Positions 48,488-58,420 of a stretch of DNA of 64,000 nt are shown piece by piece; within the stretch, counting starts at the first letter, position 1, and the number at the start of each line of letters is the position of its first letter. The stretch comes from an uncultured Candidatus Saccharibacteria bacterium (GTDB lineage: Bacteria > Patescibacteriota > Minisyncoccia > Phycocordibacterales > UBA2100). The DNA is taken from the NCBI GenBank assembly GCA_964399865.1, contig CAYNRJ010000002.1, positions 22,151-86,150 of the forward strand, given 5' to 3'. The translations under genes and the position numbers were made by a program. The notes beneath the pieces were generated by a model. It saw nothing but the letters and a program-made list of their open reading frames with translations, was not told where the DNA came from and made no database searches.

Positions 48488-49927
48488 GTGTCGCCTCGGC
48501 TTCCTGCGATGGTCTCGTGTGATAGTCTGTACAACTGTATGGATTTCTCCCGTACGGATACTCAAAAATCGAAGAAAGTCGCCCTCTTTGCTCATAATTG
48601 GCACTGGCTCGTAATGAATGAGCGGGTAATGGATGAACTTCGCGAACACAATGTCGATTTCTCTCTTTTTATCTTGCGACATCCGGACAATGCTTACTTT
48701 GACCGCCTCAAGGCGGCGCAGCAAAAATATCCGGCCCTCTCAGGATTTAAGAAGGGTAGTTTTGAAACAGCACTGGTTCGATTTTTCGCACACATTCCAT
48801 TCATAGGAGAGCTCGCGAGTGCGTATCTGGTCTACAGGCACGCGCGCCGCTTTCTTAGACTAAGCGAGGCACGTGCTCTTATCATCACTGATGACCGCGC
48901 ACTATTTTATCCGCTCGCCGCACTACGTGCAGCGGCGTCTCTAAAAATTCCAACAGTCCTTTTCCCCGCAGAAACTCTCATGCTCGTTTCGGGGCTCGAA
49001 CAGGATAAAGCGGCGAGTATGTCAGGGGAAACATTCCTTAGAAAATTCACACGCGACATAGTCAAAAAGCATTATCCGAAGAGCGTACGAGTCGTTAATG
49101 GGCGCGAGGCACATTTTTATTCCCCACGTCGTGTGTTGCCCTTTCTTTTTTGGCCATCATTTCTTCCAACAAACCCCTGGGTGCGAGGATCTAACGAGGC
49201 CCTCTCACTCGTTGCGGTGAATTCAAAGGCGCAGTTCGAAGAGAACGCAATATACGGAATTCTCCCGGAAAGGATGAGCGTTACTGGATTTCCTCCACAC
49301 GATAGTTTTGTCGCCAGCACTAAGGCCGATAAAAATAAAATTCGCACCGCATTCGCGGAGGAGTTTAATGCACCAAACGAGTCGAAGGTATTTCTAGTTG
49401 CTGGGACGCATTTCAGAAGCGTATATGATGCGAGCGAGCTTCCTGCGGTTGAGAGAGAGGTGAAAGAAGTATTCCAGAAACTTTGTGAAAAGATCCCGGA
49501 AGAATATCTTATGGTGGTGAAGCTCCACCCCAATACAGAGGCAAAGCAGTGGATTGATTATTTTGGAAAACAGAAACGAAGAATTGTGTTTGTGCACCGC
49601 GAGTGGGATGCGTATCGACTATTGGCGATTGCGGACTCGGTCTTTATGTTCGCGTCATCTATTGTGATGGCAGGGCTCGCGACGAATGTGCCGATCTGGG
49701 CTTATAAATTACGACTCCCGAGTTTTGAGGCCTTTTTCAAACCGTACCGCTCGATCACTCTTCTAAATGACGTTGCCTCTCTGGATCGCGAGCTCGCAAA
49801 GTTCACCGGAGTGCTTTCGTCAGATATGCGCGAGAAAAGAGAGAAAGACAGAGCAGAGCTCGGCATGTTTGATGGAAAGAGCGCTGCACGTTTTTACGCT
49901 ACGTTGGAAAAAATTCTTACAGCATGA
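48488..49927 (+). CDS. Hypothetical GT-B-like protein; possibly capsule-polysaccharide (KpsC/KpsS) or TagF-type transferase family
   Basis: C-terminal half has hydrophobic-KLHP and ...AGTHF blocks reminiscent of the Capsule_synth and Glyphos_transf families. Weakly similar to the next ORF. The start may be a later internal Met. Confidence 0.35.
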   Translation: MSPRLPAMVSCDSLYNCMDFSRTDTQKSKKVALFAHNWHWLVMNERVMDELREHNVDFSLFILRHPDNAYFDRLKAAQQKYPALSGFKKGSFETALVRFFAHIPFIGELASAYLVYRHARRFLRLSEARALIITDDRALFYPLAALRAAASLKIPTVLFPAETLMLVSGLEQDKAASMSGETFLRKFTRDIVKKHYPKSVRVVNGREAHFYSPRRVLPFLFWPSFLPTNPWVRGSNEALSLVAVNSKAQFEENAIYGILPERMSVTGFPPHDSFVASTKADKNKIRTAFAEEFNAPNESKVFLVAGTHFRSVYDASELPAVEREVKEVFQKLCEKIPEEYLMVVKLHPNTEAKQWIDYFGKQKRRIVFVHREWDAYRLLAIADSVFMFASSIVMAGLATNVPIWAYKLRLPSFEAFFKPYRSITLLNDVASLDRELAKFTGVLSSDMREKREKDRAELGMFDGKSAARFYATLEKILTA

Positions 49928-51294
49928 CCATATTCATTGCTATTTACGATAGTTTGCTTGCGAATAGTATTCTTCGTACGGATGTTGTGCCCACGCTTCT
50001 TGAGAGAAATAAGGATTTACGAGTAGTCGTACTTGCGGATAAAAGTCGCGTCGAAGAATATAAAAAAATATTTAATACGGACCGGGTCGTGGTTGAAGGA
50101 GTCGACGTGAATCCAATGTCGAATTTTGAAAGACGATGGGCGTCTTTCATTTGGCACACTGTTTCAAGCGCGACTCTTACAATTCAATTATACGGAGGCC
50201 CGCTTTCACCGAGGAGGAATTTTTTGAACCGCACTGCAACATACGCGCTTCGATTTATTTTTGGGAATGTCGTTGGGAGAGCGCTTCTACGAACGATCGA
50301 TTTTCATCTGTTTCGCACCGAGCCGTATGCAACATTGTTCGAGACGTATAAACCAACCGCAGTTTTTGCAGCAAACGTCTATGCGCCATTAGATACAGAA
50401 GTGATCCGTGAAGCTAAGCGACGTGCTATTCCTACTATCGGTATGGTGAAGAGTTGGGACAATGTGACCTCGCGCGGTCTTATACGAGCGCTCCCTGATG
50501 AATGCATTTCGCAATCCTATCTTGTGAGAGAGCAATTACATGCATTCGCCGATCTGCCACTTGAAAAAACTACTGTCTCTGGCGTTCCGCAGTATGATAT
50601 TTACTTTAGGCCTGACGATGAAGAGAGGGTTTCATTCTGGAAACGTTTCGGTATCGATGGGACACGCAAAGTTATTCTATTCCTAGAGCCAGGTCTCAAA
50701 TTATCGCCGCATGGTTATGAGGTATGGCAGATGCTCGACACCTATATTGAGAATAAAGGCACGGAAGAGCCGGTAGAAGCATTCATAAGTGTTCATCCTG
50801 CGTATCCGTATAACACGGAGGCTGCGGAAAAATTGAAACACGCAAAGATCGTTCGTTTTGGATACCAATTGAAAGGAGGCGCGCATAAAACATGGGAATT
50901 CTCCAAAGATGCGTACGCTGACCTTATGCGAGTCGTGCGCTACTGTGACTTAGTTATCACGACTGCTTCCACCATGAACATCGAGAGTTCCATATTTGAT
51001 AAGCCGGTCATTAATATTGCATTTGATGGAACAAAGAAACTTCCATATAACGAATCCGTTCGACAATACTACGATTATTCGCACCTTCTTCCGATCGTTC
51101 AATCCGGCGGAGTGAAGGTTGCCTACTCGAAGGAGGAATTGTTTGAGAACATTGACCTTTTACTCAAGCATCCAGAGTGGGGAAGAGAGGGTAGAAGAAA
51201 AATAGTCGAAGAACAATGCGTCTATATCGACGGGAGGTCTGCCGAAAGAATTGCGACCGCTATCCTTGCTTTTATGAGCCGCAGAGCGCAATAA
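49924..51294 (+). CDS. Hypothetical GT-B-like protein, paralogous in architecture to the preceding ORF
   Basis: ISVHPAYP block. ATGA-type overlap with the upstream gene. Located directly upstream of a CMP-sugar synthetase gene. Confidence 0.35.
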   Translation: MTIFIAIYDSLLANSILRTDVVPTLLERNKDLRVVVLADKSRVEEYKKIFNTDRVVVEGVDVNPMSNFERRWASFIWHTVSSATLTIQLYGGPLSPRRNFLNRTATYALRFIFGNVVGRALLRTIDFHLFRTEPYATLFETYKPTAVFAANVYAPLDTEVIREAKRRAIPTIGMVKSWDNVTSRGLIRALPDECISQSYLVREQLHAFADLPLEKTTVSGVPQYDIYFRPDDEERVSFWKRFGIDGTRKVILFLEPGLKLSPHGYEVWQMLDTYIENKGTEEPVEAFISVHPAYPYNTEAAEKLKHAKIVRFGYQLKGGAHKTWEFSKDAYADLMRVVRYCDLVITTASTMNIESSIFDKPVINIAFDGTKKLPYNESVRQYYDYSHLLPIVQSGGVKVAYSKEELFENIDLLLKHPEWGREGRRKIVEEQCVYIDGRSAERIATAILAFMSRRAQ

Positions 51295-51301
51295 TTGATC
51301 T

Positions 51302-52006
51302 ATGCTTGGTATTATTCCTGCGCGCGGAGGCTCAAAACGCCTCCCGGGAAAGAACATTAAAGATTTCTTTGGGAAACCACTTATCGCGTGGACCATTGAG
51401 GCGGCAAAATCTAGCGGCGTATTTGATCGACTTATCGTCCTCACCGATGATCAGGAAATCTCTGATATCGCAAAAAAGTATGGCGCAGAAGTTCCTTTCA
51501 TGGAGCCATCAGAGTTTGCGGGGGACACTGCATATGTAGGCGATGCAATCCGTTATGCATTGCAGCAACTCGAGAGTGAAGGGTATACCTCGCCGGATTT
51601 TATTTTGCTCGAACCGAGTTCAGTCGGGAGAGAGATAAAACACATTCAAGAAGTCGCGAAGCTTCTTGAGGATAGAAGGGATTTTGATTCAATCATCGGC
51701 ATTTCCGAAGTACCTGCGCATCATAGTCACCTCAAACAATTGAACATCGGAGAGAATGGAATAGTTGGACGAGTCGGAGACGGGGCGCCTCTTAAGAATC
51801 TTACGCACCGAAATCAGGATATCGCAAAATCGTATTACATTAATTCCGCAATCTATGGGTTTCGTCGGAAGAATCTTTTCGAGGGCGACAAGAAACTGTG
51901 GGGAGAGAGTACGTATGGTTACGTTATGGATGACTCAAAGCTCGCAGACATCGACACGGCGGCTGATTGGGCTTTGGCAGAATTTAAATTAAAGAACACA
52001 CTATGA
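51302..52006 (+). CDS. neuA: Acylneuraminate cytidylyltransferase (CMP-nonulosonic acid synthetase; NeuA/LegF family)
   Basis: MLGIIPARGGSKRLPGKN N-terminal motif; about 234 aa. Confidence 0.8.
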   Translation: MLGIIPARGGSKRLPGKNIKDFFGKPLIAWTIEAAKSSGVFDRLIVLTDDQEISDIAKKYGAEVPFMEPSEFAGDTAYVGDAIRYALQQLESEGYTSPDFILLEPSSVGREIKHIQEVAKLLEDRRDFDSIIGISEVPAHHSHLKQLNIGENGIVGRVGDGAPLKNLTHRNQDIAKSYYINSAIYGFRRKNLFEGDKKLWGESTYGYVMDDSKLADIDTAADWALAEFKLKNTL

Positions 52007-53103
52007 AAAATCTCCAATTCGGGAAGCTCACTATCGGAGGCACGAGAGTTGTGGTGATCGCGGAAATTGCAGACTCACACAACGGTTCGATGGAGACGGC
52101 TAAGAAACTAGTCGATGCGGCAAAGGCGTCCGGTGCTGATGTAGCGAAATTTCAATTACATTTGGTCGGGAAAAATGAAGTGAATGGAGTAAATGAAATG
52201 ATTCCCGGCTCAATTCAGATGTGGGACGGGCCACTCTATGATATTTTGCAGCGCAATTTGTTTACTGTAGAGATGCACAAAGAGATCAAAGCGTACTGCG
52301 AAAGTGTAGGTATCGAATATCTTTGCACCCCATTTTGTACCGCAGCAGTTGATGTGCTTAATGACATCGGCGTAAATGCGTTCAAAACCGGCTCGGGTGA
52401 ACTTGATAATCTTCCGCAGCATCGTCGACTGGCACAGGTTTCCAAAAAGACGGGGAAACCGGTTATCGTTTCAACGGGCATGAGCATTCTCGAAGAAGTC
52501 GCGGATACAGTGAAGGTCTACAAAGAGGAGGGTGCGATAGAGAATCTTGTTCTTACGAATTGCACCTCGGAATATCCACCGAACGATTACAGTCACGCAA
52601 ATCTTGGGCTCATACAGAAAATGCAAAAAGAATTTGGCGTGTGGGTCGGGCAGAGTGATCACACGATGGACAATTACACAGCGTTCGCTGCTGTCGCACT
52701 CGGTGCGAAGGTGATCGAGAAGCACTTCACACTCGATAGAAAGCAAAAAGGACCGGACCATTTCATCGCACTTGAGCCACAGATGTTTAAAGAGCTCGTG
52801 GATGGAATTCGAAAGATCGAAGTAGCACTGGGAGAAGAAAAAAACATTTCAAAGGAGGAGCAAGTGGTACGTGATTGGGCGTTCCATTCGGTCACGAGTT
52901 TTAAAGACATACAGAAGGGCGAGAAGCTCACGACGGAAAATCTTATTGAGCGCCGCCCGAGAACGATGATGCGAGACGGGAAGAAGGTAGAAGGCATCCC
53001 TTCGAAGTATCTCGATCCAATGTATTCCAAGAAACTATTGGGACGCACGGCTGCTAGAGATATACCAAAGGACACCATGCTCGTGTGGGAGGACGCCGCC
53101 TAG
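52003..53103 (+). CDS. neuB: Nonulosonic acid synthase (NeuB/LegI family), second copy
   Basis: VVIAEIADSHNGS...; C-terminal SAF domain (GEKLTTENL..RRP). Confidence 0.8.
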   Translation: MKNLQFGKLTIGGTRVVVIAEIADSHNGSMETAKKLVDAAKASGADVAKFQLHLVGKNEVNGVNEMIPGSIQMWDGPLYDILQRNLFTVEMHKEIKAYCESVGIEYLCTPFCTAAVDVLNDIGVNAFKTGSGELDNLPQHRRLAQVSKKTGKPVIVSTGMSILEEVADTVKVYKEEGAIENLVLTNCTSEYPPNDYSHANLGLIQKMQKEFGVWVGQSDHTMDNYTAFAAVALGAKVIEKHFTLDRKQKGPDHFIALEPQMFKELVDGIRKIEVALGEEKNISKEEQVVRDWAFHSVTSFKDIQKGEKLTTENLIERRPRTMMRDGKKVEGIPSKYLDPMYSKKLLGRTAARDIPKDTMLVWEDAA

Positions 53104-53160
53104 CGAGTGAGGATCGCTACTATTGAAGGAAGCTGATTTTTGTTGTATTGTGCGTTTACT

Positions 53161-54330
53161 ATGGTGAGACGGGAAATTTCTAAAAAGAAGAAGAAAATAG
53201 CGATAATCGCTGGTTCTCGAGGTGAGTGGGGCTACTACCAGCCGATCATTCGGGAGATAGAAAAGCACCCTCTACTCGACTACGGCATCGTCGTCTCCAA
53301 CATGCACCTACTCGATCGCTTTGGCTCTTCTATAGATGAAATCCGAAAGGAGGGTTTTAAGGTGGACGCTATCATCCACAATACGCTCGATGGATACAGT
53401 CATCTCACAATGGCAAAATCGCTTGCCATTTTTATGCTCCAACTTCCTGAGATATTAAAACAGATGGAGGCCGATTTTGTGCTCGTGGGAGGCGATCGAG
53501 GAGAGCAGCTGATGGCAGCAATCACTGCGGCGCACATGTACATTCCAATTGGGCACGTACAGGCCGGAGAAGTTTCCGGAAACATTGACGGAGTATCTCG
53601 TCACGCGATCACGAAATTCGCTCATCTCCATTTCGCCGCGAACGCTGATGCAGCAAAGCGTATTCTAAAAATGGGAGAAGAATCATTCCGCGTACATACA
53701 ACAGGTGCCCCACAGCTCGATGATTTGACGAGCGGTATTGTGACACCTAGAAAAACGCTTTTCAAAAAGCTTGGGCTAGTGGAAGACAAGCGTCCGCTTA
53801 TGCTTGTGGTCCAACATCCTGTTACAGAAGAATTTGAAAAAGCGGGTGTGCATATGCATGAGACGCTCGAAGCGGTAAAGAAATTTGATGCGCAGGTCGT
53901 CATCATTATGAATAATTCGGACGCGGGCAGCACAGCTGTGTCACGTGTCATTAATAGTGAACGAACTCCAGCAATGAAAGTGTTTCCGAACGTTCCGCGT
54001 GAAGACTTTGCAGGTCTTATGGCCGCAGCGGATGTCCTCGTCGGCAATTCTTCCTCCGGCATTCTTGAGGCCCCTACATTCAAGCTCGCAGCAGTGAATA
54101 TTGGAAGTCGGGAGAAAGGAAGGCTGCAGGGTAAAAATGTCATAAACGCGCCACACAAATCTTCTGAAATTCAGAAAGCGATTAAAAAGGCACTCTCAAA
54201 AAAATTCCAATCATCGCTTCGTACCTGCGTGAATCCATACGGCGATGGAAAATCAGCAAAACGTATCGTCGACATTATCGCGAACACACCGCGCACTGAA
54301 AAGCTTGTGGTAAAGAACATTACTTACTAA
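53161..54330 (+). CDS. neuC: UDP-N-acetylglucosamine 2-epimerase (hydrolysing), NeuC/LegG family
   Basis: KKIAIIAGSRGEWGYYQPI, ...HVQAGEVSG.., and GNSSSGILEAP are non-hydrolysing/hydrolysing 2-epimerase family motifs. Confidence 0.75.
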   Translation: MVRREISKKKKKIAIIAGSRGEWGYYQPIIREIEKHPLLDYGIVVSNMHLLDRFGSSIDEIRKEGFKVDAIIHNTLDGYSHLTMAKSLAIFMLQLPEILKQMEADFVLVGGDRGEQLMAAITAAHMYIPIGHVQAGEVSGNIDGVSRHAITKFAHLHFAANADAAKRILKMGEESFRVHTTGAPQLDDLTSGIVTPRKTLFKKLGLVEDKRPLMLVVQHPVTEEFEKAGVHMHETLEAVKKFDAQVVIIMNNSDAGSTAVSRVINSERTPAMKVFPNVPREDFAGLMAAADVLVGNSSSGILEAPTFKLAAVNIGSREKGRLQGKNVINAPHKSSEIQKAIKKALSKKFQSSLRTCVNPYGDGKSAKRIVDIIANTPRTEKLVVKNITY

Positions 54331-54340
54331 ACTTCTTATT

Positions 54341-54685
54341 ATGAATGCGACTCACTACAACGACTATCTTCTCCAAAAAGATGCGACTATTGAAGACGCT
54401 CTCTCTGCCATCACCGAAAATAAGCGTGGGGCCGTCCTTATCGTTGAATCAGATGACACGCTCGTCGGGGTTGTCGCGGACGGTGATATTCGTCGTGCAC
54501 TAGTTAAAGGAGCGACGACCCTCACGCCAATTGAAAAGATTGTAAATTTGAATGTGGTCTCCGTTAAAAAAGGTCGTGATCAGAAAGAGAAAGGTGAGGA
54601 GATATTCGCGTCTCACGTAGGTATTAATCTCATTCCAGTACTTGAGGCAGGAAATCGCGTGTGTGACGTGCTTGTGAGAGGGTAA
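54341..54685 (+). CDS. CBS-domain pair protein
   Basis: About 114 aa with two CBS-like repeats (GVVADGDIRRA...). Confidence 0.55.
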   Translation: MNATHYNDYLLQKDATIEDALSAITENKRGAVLIVESDDTLVGVVADGDIRRALVKGATTLTPIEKIVNLNVVSVKKGRDQKEKGEEIFASHVGINLIPVLEAGNRVCDVLVRG

Positions 54686-54702
54686 CCTGGGGCGGGCTTC
54701 CT

Positions 54703-56118
54703 ATGAAAAACGACAAGAAGCCACACGTCATCTATCTAATCATCGACGCCGGCGGATTTGGTCATACTAGTCTCGCGGGATATTTTCGCGACACGACACC
54801 TTTCTTAAAGGAATTTTCGAAGGAGTGCGTGCAATATCCACTCGCCTTTGCACAAGGCCCTATTTCAGGTCTCTCTATTGGCAGCTTCACTACTTCTTCG
54901 TACGCGTTTGATCATAAGGATTGTCCGATTGAAGTAAGGCCGTCACGTCCTTCAATAGCCTCTGTTTTACAAAAGAATGGCTATTACACATCGGTCATGA
55001 CCTCTAATCCATACTATGCGAGAAAGCTTGGACATGATCAGGGTGTCGACCACTATAAAATGTTTTTCGAAGAGTCTGATGAGATACGACGGATCGCCGA
55101 AAAGGGACTTCTTATACGCGCTCTCAAGACACTCAATAAAATATCTTTGTATCGCGGGGTCAAAGAATGGATCAAGAAAAATCTTCGATCTCTGTACAAC
55201 GCGGGCAGGATGAGAAAACAAATGATGGCGACGAGGCAGAGCCCGTTCGGCGACGCCGCGCAAGCAAACAAAGAGATCCTCAAACTCCTTAACGACCGCC
55301 CACAAGATAAACCCCTCTTTCTCCTCACTCAGTACATGGATCTTCACGCCCCGCATCTCCCCCCGGACGAGTTTCTAAGAAAATTTGGAGGAACGATATC
55401 AAAACAAGAGCAGTACATTTATTGGCAGAGGAGAAGTATGCGCCCACTCCCTGAATTCTCTCAGAAAGAAGTTGAAGATCTCACACTTCTATATGATGCC
55501 TGCCTTGCGCACATAGATTCACGCATACGAGATGTTGTGAACGAATTAAAGCGAGAGGGGATGTATGATGATTCGCTCATAATTATTTCCGCAGATCATG
55601 GAGAAGCATTTTTTGAGCACGGTGATCTCGGCCATCATGGCCTTCTGTACGAAGAAAATATTCGCGTACCGCTCCTCATCAAATATCCTCACGGAATCGA
55701 GGCAGGAACATCCCGAGACAGCGTCGTGTCTCTTATAGATGTCGCGCCTACTATTCTCGGTGCGGCTGGCGTAAAGCGTCCTGGAACATTTGTAGGAAAA
55801 GATTTGCAGTCCGGATCCGCGTCAGCTTCGAATCAGGTCTCAGATGATCATGCTGTTTCTTTTGTTGCATTCCGTTTTTCTCCAGAGAACTTCACACGAC
55901 TCAACTTTGAGAATTACGCATTATCTGTCCGCACCAAAAACTGGAAGCTCATCGTACAGAGCGGAAAGCCAGACGAGCTCTATAATCTCGAGGAGGATCC
56001 GAAGGAAAAAAGTAACCTGCTAGAAACCAAAGCGCAGAACAAAGGTGCCGCGGAGGCATACCAATCGCTTCGCGAGATGATGCAACCGTATCTAGATAGG
56101 GTGAGTGATAGGTCGTAA
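54703..56118 (+). CDS. Sulfatase-like hydrolase/transferase (alkaline-phosphatase superfamily)
   Basis: N-terminal VIYLIIDAGG; C-terminal IIISADHGEAFFEHGDLGHHG metal-site motif. No Cys/Ser-x-Pro-x-Arg formylglycine motif was seen. Confidence 0.65.
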   Translation: MKNDKKPHVIYLIIDAGGFGHTSLAGYFRDTTPFLKEFSKECVQYPLAFAQGPISGLSIGSFTTSSYAFDHKDCPIEVRPSRPSIASVLQKNGYYTSVMTSNPYYARKLGHDQGVDHYKMFFEESDEIRRIAEKGLLIRALKTLNKISLYRGVKEWIKKNLRSLYNAGRMRKQMMATRQSPFGDAAQANKEILKLLNDRPQDKPLFLLTQYMDLHAPHLPPDEFLRKFGGTISKQEQYIYWQRRSMRPLPEFSQKEVEDLTLLYDACLAHIDSRIRDVVNELKREGMYDDSLIIISADHGEAFFEHGDLGHHGLLYEENIRVPLLIKYPHGIEAGTSRDSVVSLIDVAPTILGAAGVKRPGTFVGKDLQSGSASASNQVSDDHAVSFVAFRFSPENFTRLNFENYALSVRTKNWKLIVQSGKPDELYNLEEDPKEKSNLLETKAQNKGAAEAYQSLREMMQPYLDRVSDRS

Positions 56119-56167
56119 GACGGAAATTGGGACTGGCCGAAATCATGTCACGAGGTACAATCTTGCC

Positions 56168-58420
56168 ATGACAATAGAGAAAGCCCTGCGGTGGGTGGTA
56201 CTAGGAGGCATATTCCTCCTTCCTTTTATTGTGTTTCTGGTTGTTGAGTCACTTTTCTTTCCGTTTATCACGGGGAAGAACTTTGCGTTTCGAATCATTG
56301 TAGAGGTAATAACTGGCGCATGGCTTGCTCTCGCTCTCGTTAACCCTATATATAGACCCCGCCGCTCGTGGCTCCTTGGCGCTTTTGCCCTGTTCGTAAT
56401 AATCATCGCCGCCGCGGATGCCTTTGGCGTTAATCCCTTCAAGAGTTTCTGGAGTAATTTCGAGCGCATGGATGGATGGATCACACTCGCCCATCTCTTT
56501 TTGTACTTTGTAGTAACCTCGGCGATGCTAGGAACGGAAAGACTGTGGCGTACATTCTGGCAGGTGTCCCTTGGAGTGTCTGCGGTCGTCGGTCTTCACG
56601 CAATACTTCAATTCTTCGGAGTAGTCAGCTTGAATGCAGGTTTTTCTTCTGCGACGCGACTTGATGCGACATTCGGCAATCCGATATACCTCGCGTCCTA
56701 CATGCTCTTCAATGTTTTTATGGGCGCGCTTCTTTTCGCGCAAGCATTCAAGGAGAACGCAAACCGTGTTCGCCCATACATGCTTCTCTATGGCGCGGCT
56801 ATTGTTTTCGACAGCCTCATTTTATTTATGACAGGGACACGAGGTACGATGCTCGGACTTATTGGTGGCACAATTCTTGCCGCACTACTTCTTATTCTCT
56901 TCGGGCGAAACGCAGGAAAGATGCGAAAGATAGCGGCGGGAGTGATTGTGATTATCATGGTCCTTGCGAGCGCAGTGTTTCTCGTGCGAGATCAAGCATG
57001 GGTAGATAAGACACCAATTCTCGGGCGACTCGCGAGCATTTCGCTTTCCGCTGGAACAGTACAAGCACGCTTCATGAATTGGGGAATGGCATGGGAAGGA
57101 TTTAAAGAGCGCCCAATCCTGGGATGGGGTCAGGAGAATTACGCGATTGTCTTTAGTAAGTACTACAACCCGCAAATGTATGCGCAGGAGCAGTGGTTCG
57201 ATCGTGTGCACAACGTGATATTTGACTGGCTCATTGCAGGCGGAATCCTAGGTCTCCTAGGGTACTTGTCGATCCTCGTATTTACACTCCTTATGATCTG
57301 GAAACGAAAGGCTGTGCAAGCAGTGAACGCTCTTCAGGGACAAGAGGGAATAAGTGGTTCGTTCACGGTTGCCGAGAAGAGTATTCTTACAGGACTTCTC
57401 GCAGCGTACTTCTTCCACAACCTTTTCGTGTTCGACAACATCATGAGCTACATGCTCTTTGCCACCGTGCTCGCATATATTGCATTTAGAGATGGCATAT
57501 ACACGAATGCCACGAGAGTCTTTTCCACTCTTTCACTATCACCCCGAGTACTCCCAATTATTGCGATTCTAGCTATAGGGGTCGTGTGGGGAGCCGTGTG
57601 GGCCCTGAACGCTCGTCCGGTCGCAGCAAATAGAGCAGTACTTCAGGGACTACAGCCACAGTCGGGCGGCCTTTCAGTGAATCTTGAGTATTTCGATAAG
57701 GCTCTTGCGTATCACACGATCGGCACTCAAGAAATGCGCGAGCAGCTCATGCAGGCAACAGTACAGCTTGCTGGGATCCAGGAGGTACCGCTCGATATGA
57801 AAGAGCGTTTCTTAGACAGGGCAGGGAAAGAGTTAGCGCTTCAATCTGAGGAATCACCACTCGACCCACGTTTCCCACTTTTCCACGGCCTCCTTCTCAA
57901 TGCATATGGTGCGTACGATTCAGCTGCACCAATACTAAGGCGCGCCCACGAACTCTCGCCAACAAAGCAAACCATCCTCTTTGAACTTGCCGCGAATGCA
58001 TTTGCACGTGGTGACAATGCATCTATGCTCGCGTACTTTAAGCAAGCATTCGATCTCGCTCCCGAATTTGTCGATGCCCGTCTCATGTATGCAGCAGCAG
58101 CAATACGAACAGGTGACGATGCGCTCGCTGATTCACTTCTCGCACCAATTCTCTCGAGCGGTAGAGTTGCAGATGCGCGCATCGCAGCAGCGTATGTCGC
58201 TCGAGGGCGATACGACAAGATAGTAAATGTATGGGAGGCTCACCTGCAATCGAATCCCGGTGATGTGCAGGCGTATTTCACTCTCGCTGCAGCGTATTAC
58301 ACAGCGGGAGATAAAGAGGCTGCGATTCGCGTGCTCCAAAGAGTCGCAGTCGTTGATCCGCAAAGTAAAACTCAAGCTGAACAATTGATACGAGATATTC
58401 GTAACGGCACTGTGCAATAA
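56168..58420 (+). CDS. O-antigen ligase / Wzy_C-family polytopic protein with a C-terminal TPR-repeat domain
   Basis: At least 10 TM helices in the N-terminal 430 aa or so. The C-terminal 300 aa or so has alternating A/L/Y-rich TPR-like helices. Start placed at an internal Met (MTIEKAL). Confidence 0.65.
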   Translation: MTIEKALRWVVLGGIFLLPFIVFLVVESLFFPFITGKNFAFRIIVEVITGAWLALALVNPIYRPRRSWLLGAFALFVIIIAAADAFGVNPFKSFWSNFERMDGWITLAHLFLYFVVTSAMLGTERLWRTFWQVSLGVSAVVGLHAILQFFGVVSLNAGFSSATRLDATFGNPIYLASYMLFNVFMGALLFAQAFKENANRVRPYMLLYGAAIVFDSLILFMTGTRGTMLGLIGGTILAALLLILFGRNAGKMRKIAAGVIVIIMVLASAVFLVRDQAWVDKTPILGRLASISLSAGTVQARFMNWGMAWEGFKERPILGWGQENYAIVFSKYYNPQMYAQEQWFDRVHNVIFDWLIAGGILGLLGYLSILVFTLLMIWKRKAVQAVNALQGQEGISGSFTVAEKSILTGLLAAYFFHNLFVFDNIMSYMLFATVLAYIAFRDGIYTNATRVFSTLSLSPRVLPIIAILAIGVVWGAVWALNARPVAANRAVLQGLQPQSGGLSVNLEYFDKALAYHTIGTQEMREQLMQATVQLAGIQEVPLDMKERFLDRAGKELALQSEESPLDPRFPLFHGLLLNAYGAYDSAAPILRRAHELSPTKQTILFELAANAFARGDNASMLAYFKQAFDLAPEFVDARLMYAAAAIRTGDDALADSLLAPILSSGRVADARIAAAYVARGRYDKIVNVWEAHLQSNPGDVQAYFTLAAAYYTAGDKEAAIRVLQRVAVVDPQSKTQAEQLIRDIRNGTVQ

